From contig DATNNN010000160.1 in NCBI GenBank assembly GCA_035601815.1, forward strand, positions 1-61,403: a DNA stretch of 61,403 bases, read 5' to 3'. This DNA comes from Xanthobacteraceae bacterium (GTDB lineage: Bacteria; Pseudomonadota; Alphaproteobacteria; Rhizobiales; Xanthobacteraceae). The notes beneath the pieces were generated by a model that was given only the letters and a program-made list of their open reading frames with translations, made no database searches and was not told where the DNA came from. Made by a program: the position numbers and the translations under genes. Position 1 is the stretch's first letter. Each line of letters opens with the position of its first letter. Below are positions 60,438 to 61,403 of this stretch, piece after piece.

Positions 60438-60878
60438 ATGCCAGCCTTGCTCCCTCGAAATGACCGCTCGATCGTCGGCGCTGTTGCAGAATGGTGGCGG
60501 CGCTGGACCAGAGCCAGGTCTGACTTATTCGAACTGCAATCCTGTGGCCCAGATCAAGTAGAGCGTATCGCACAAGACCTGGATATGTCCGTCTCTGAGC
60601 TGCGCGTGGTCGTGGCTCATGGGCGCGACGGGGCCGATCTGTTGCGACGCCGCATGGCGGCGCTTCACCTCGACCCTGACGAGCTAGGCCGCTCCGACCC
60701 TGCCACGCTTCGCGACCTTCAAAAGCTTTGCACAATGTGCAGAAGCCGTGGACGCTGCGCGCGGGATCTCGCGCAGGAGTCCGCCGACCCAGATTGGCAG
60801 GGTTGGCGGGAATATTGTCCGAACGCCGCGACGCTCGACATGTTGAGCACGCTCAAGGGGTGTTCAGACGCTCGATAG
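60438..60878 (+). CDS. Small Cys-motif protein of unknown function (possibly DUF6455-like)
   Basis: 146 aa from MPALLPRNDR, preceded by the SD GAGGAGGG. C-terminal CTMCRSRGRC...YCPN cysteine cluster. The family assignment is from memory and uncertain. Confidence 0.55.
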   Translation: MPALLPRNDRSIVGAVAEWWRRWTRARSDLFELQSCGPDQVERIAQDLDMSVSELRVVVAHGRDGADLLRRRMAALHLDPDELGRSDPATLRDLQKLCTMCRSRGRCARDLAQESADPDWQGWREYCPNAATLDMLSTLKGCSDAR

Positions 60879-60922
60879 GAATCACATTCGGCAGAGTCCG
60901 CGACCGAATGACTGCGGTGCTG

Positions 60923-61403
60923 TCAGGCTGCGGCGAGCTGCTCCAGGCGTTGAGAATCGAGCAATCGTACGCCGTCCGGCACGACAAGAATCGCTCTTTC
61001 CCGTGCGAAGCGGGTCAGGGTTCGGCTTACCGTCTCGATTGTTAGGCCGAGGAAGTCGGCGATGTCCTGCCGACTCATCGGCAGCGGAACCGTGACCGAG
61101 ACTTTGCTAAAGCGCGCCCATCGATCACGCAACCCGACTAGGAACGAAGCAACTTTCTCTTCCGCTGTGCGGCGACCCAGCACTACCATCTGATCCTGTG
61201 CAATGCTGAGCTCGTGGGTCGCGAGCTCGTGCAGCCGACGCAAAAGGTGCGGCTTTTCATCAAGCAAATCTGAAAAAGCCCCCCGCGAAAAACGACATGC
61301 CTTCACGGGTCCAATCGCATCGGCCGAGAAGGTGTAGCGGTCGGCCATGGAAAGGCCGAGGAAGTCGCCCGGCAACGCGAAGCCGATAATCTGTCGGCGG
61401 CCG
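60923..61403 (-). CDS. Crp/Fnr family transcriptional regulator (partial; N-terminus lies beyond the window end)
   Basis: C-terminal HTH SRQDIADFLGLTIETVSRTLTRF is preceded by part of the cNMP-binding-like barrel. The reading frame stays open to the window edge. Confidence 0.85.
   Translation of the reverse strand, partial: GRRQIIGFALPGDFLGLSMADRYTFSADAIGPVKACRFSRGAFSDLLDEKPHLLRRLHELATHELSIAQDQMVVLGRRTAEEKVASFLVGLRDRWARFSKVSVTVPLPMSRQDIADFLGLTIETVSRTLTRFARERAILVVPDGVRLLDSQRLEQLAAA

Overview
This is a high-GC chromosomal segment. Hand counts on individual 60-nt lines give about 65-73% G+C. It looks alphaproteobacterial, probably Hyphomicrobiales/Rhizobiales, based on lysA-lipoprotein-argH next to a Bradyrhizobium-like tlpA, an NdvA/ChvA-type glucan exporter and etfBA-hbd. 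Most of the window is ordinary core metabolism and transport:
- amino-acid biosynthesis (lysA, argH, hisE);
- fatty-acid and CoA metabolism (hbd, etfBA, acyl-CoA dehydrogenase, three thiolase-type genes, two acyl-CoA synthetases);
- one MCP;
- tRNA-Leu(CAA);
- cell-envelope genes (PBP5/6-type carboxypeptidase, RlpA-like, DsbB-like, rhomboid, flippase, RND/MMPL);
- two paralogous Liv-type ABC importers and one TRAP transporter.

I found no CRISPR array, rRNA, transposase, integrase or phage gene.

Four things stand out.
1. A 1,042-bp low-GC insertion carries only an HNH nuclease gene. It sits directly behind hbd and is bracketed by a 61-64 bp direct repeat of the hbd 3' end.
2. A lower-GC islet (about 52.3-55.3 kb) carries an orphan 405-aa HslV/proteasome-beta-like N-terminal-threonine hydrolase with large inserts, a decayed GFA-family gene and a nitrilase.
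3. A 156-bp relic of a livM 3' end lies 7.7 kb downstream of the intact livM stop. It differs from the intact copy almost only at synonymous sites. Together the two copies bracket the TRAP operon, a ThDP enzyme gene and the islet.
4. A 1,019-aa protein fuses a PHP/Zn-ribbon (EndoQ/COG1379-like) nuclease module to a UvrD-type helicase.

The orphan proteasome-like gene and the HNH mini-insertion are my best candidates for undescribed biology. Neither can be proven from sequence alone. Where I refined start codons, coordinates were derived from the supplied ORF track frames.
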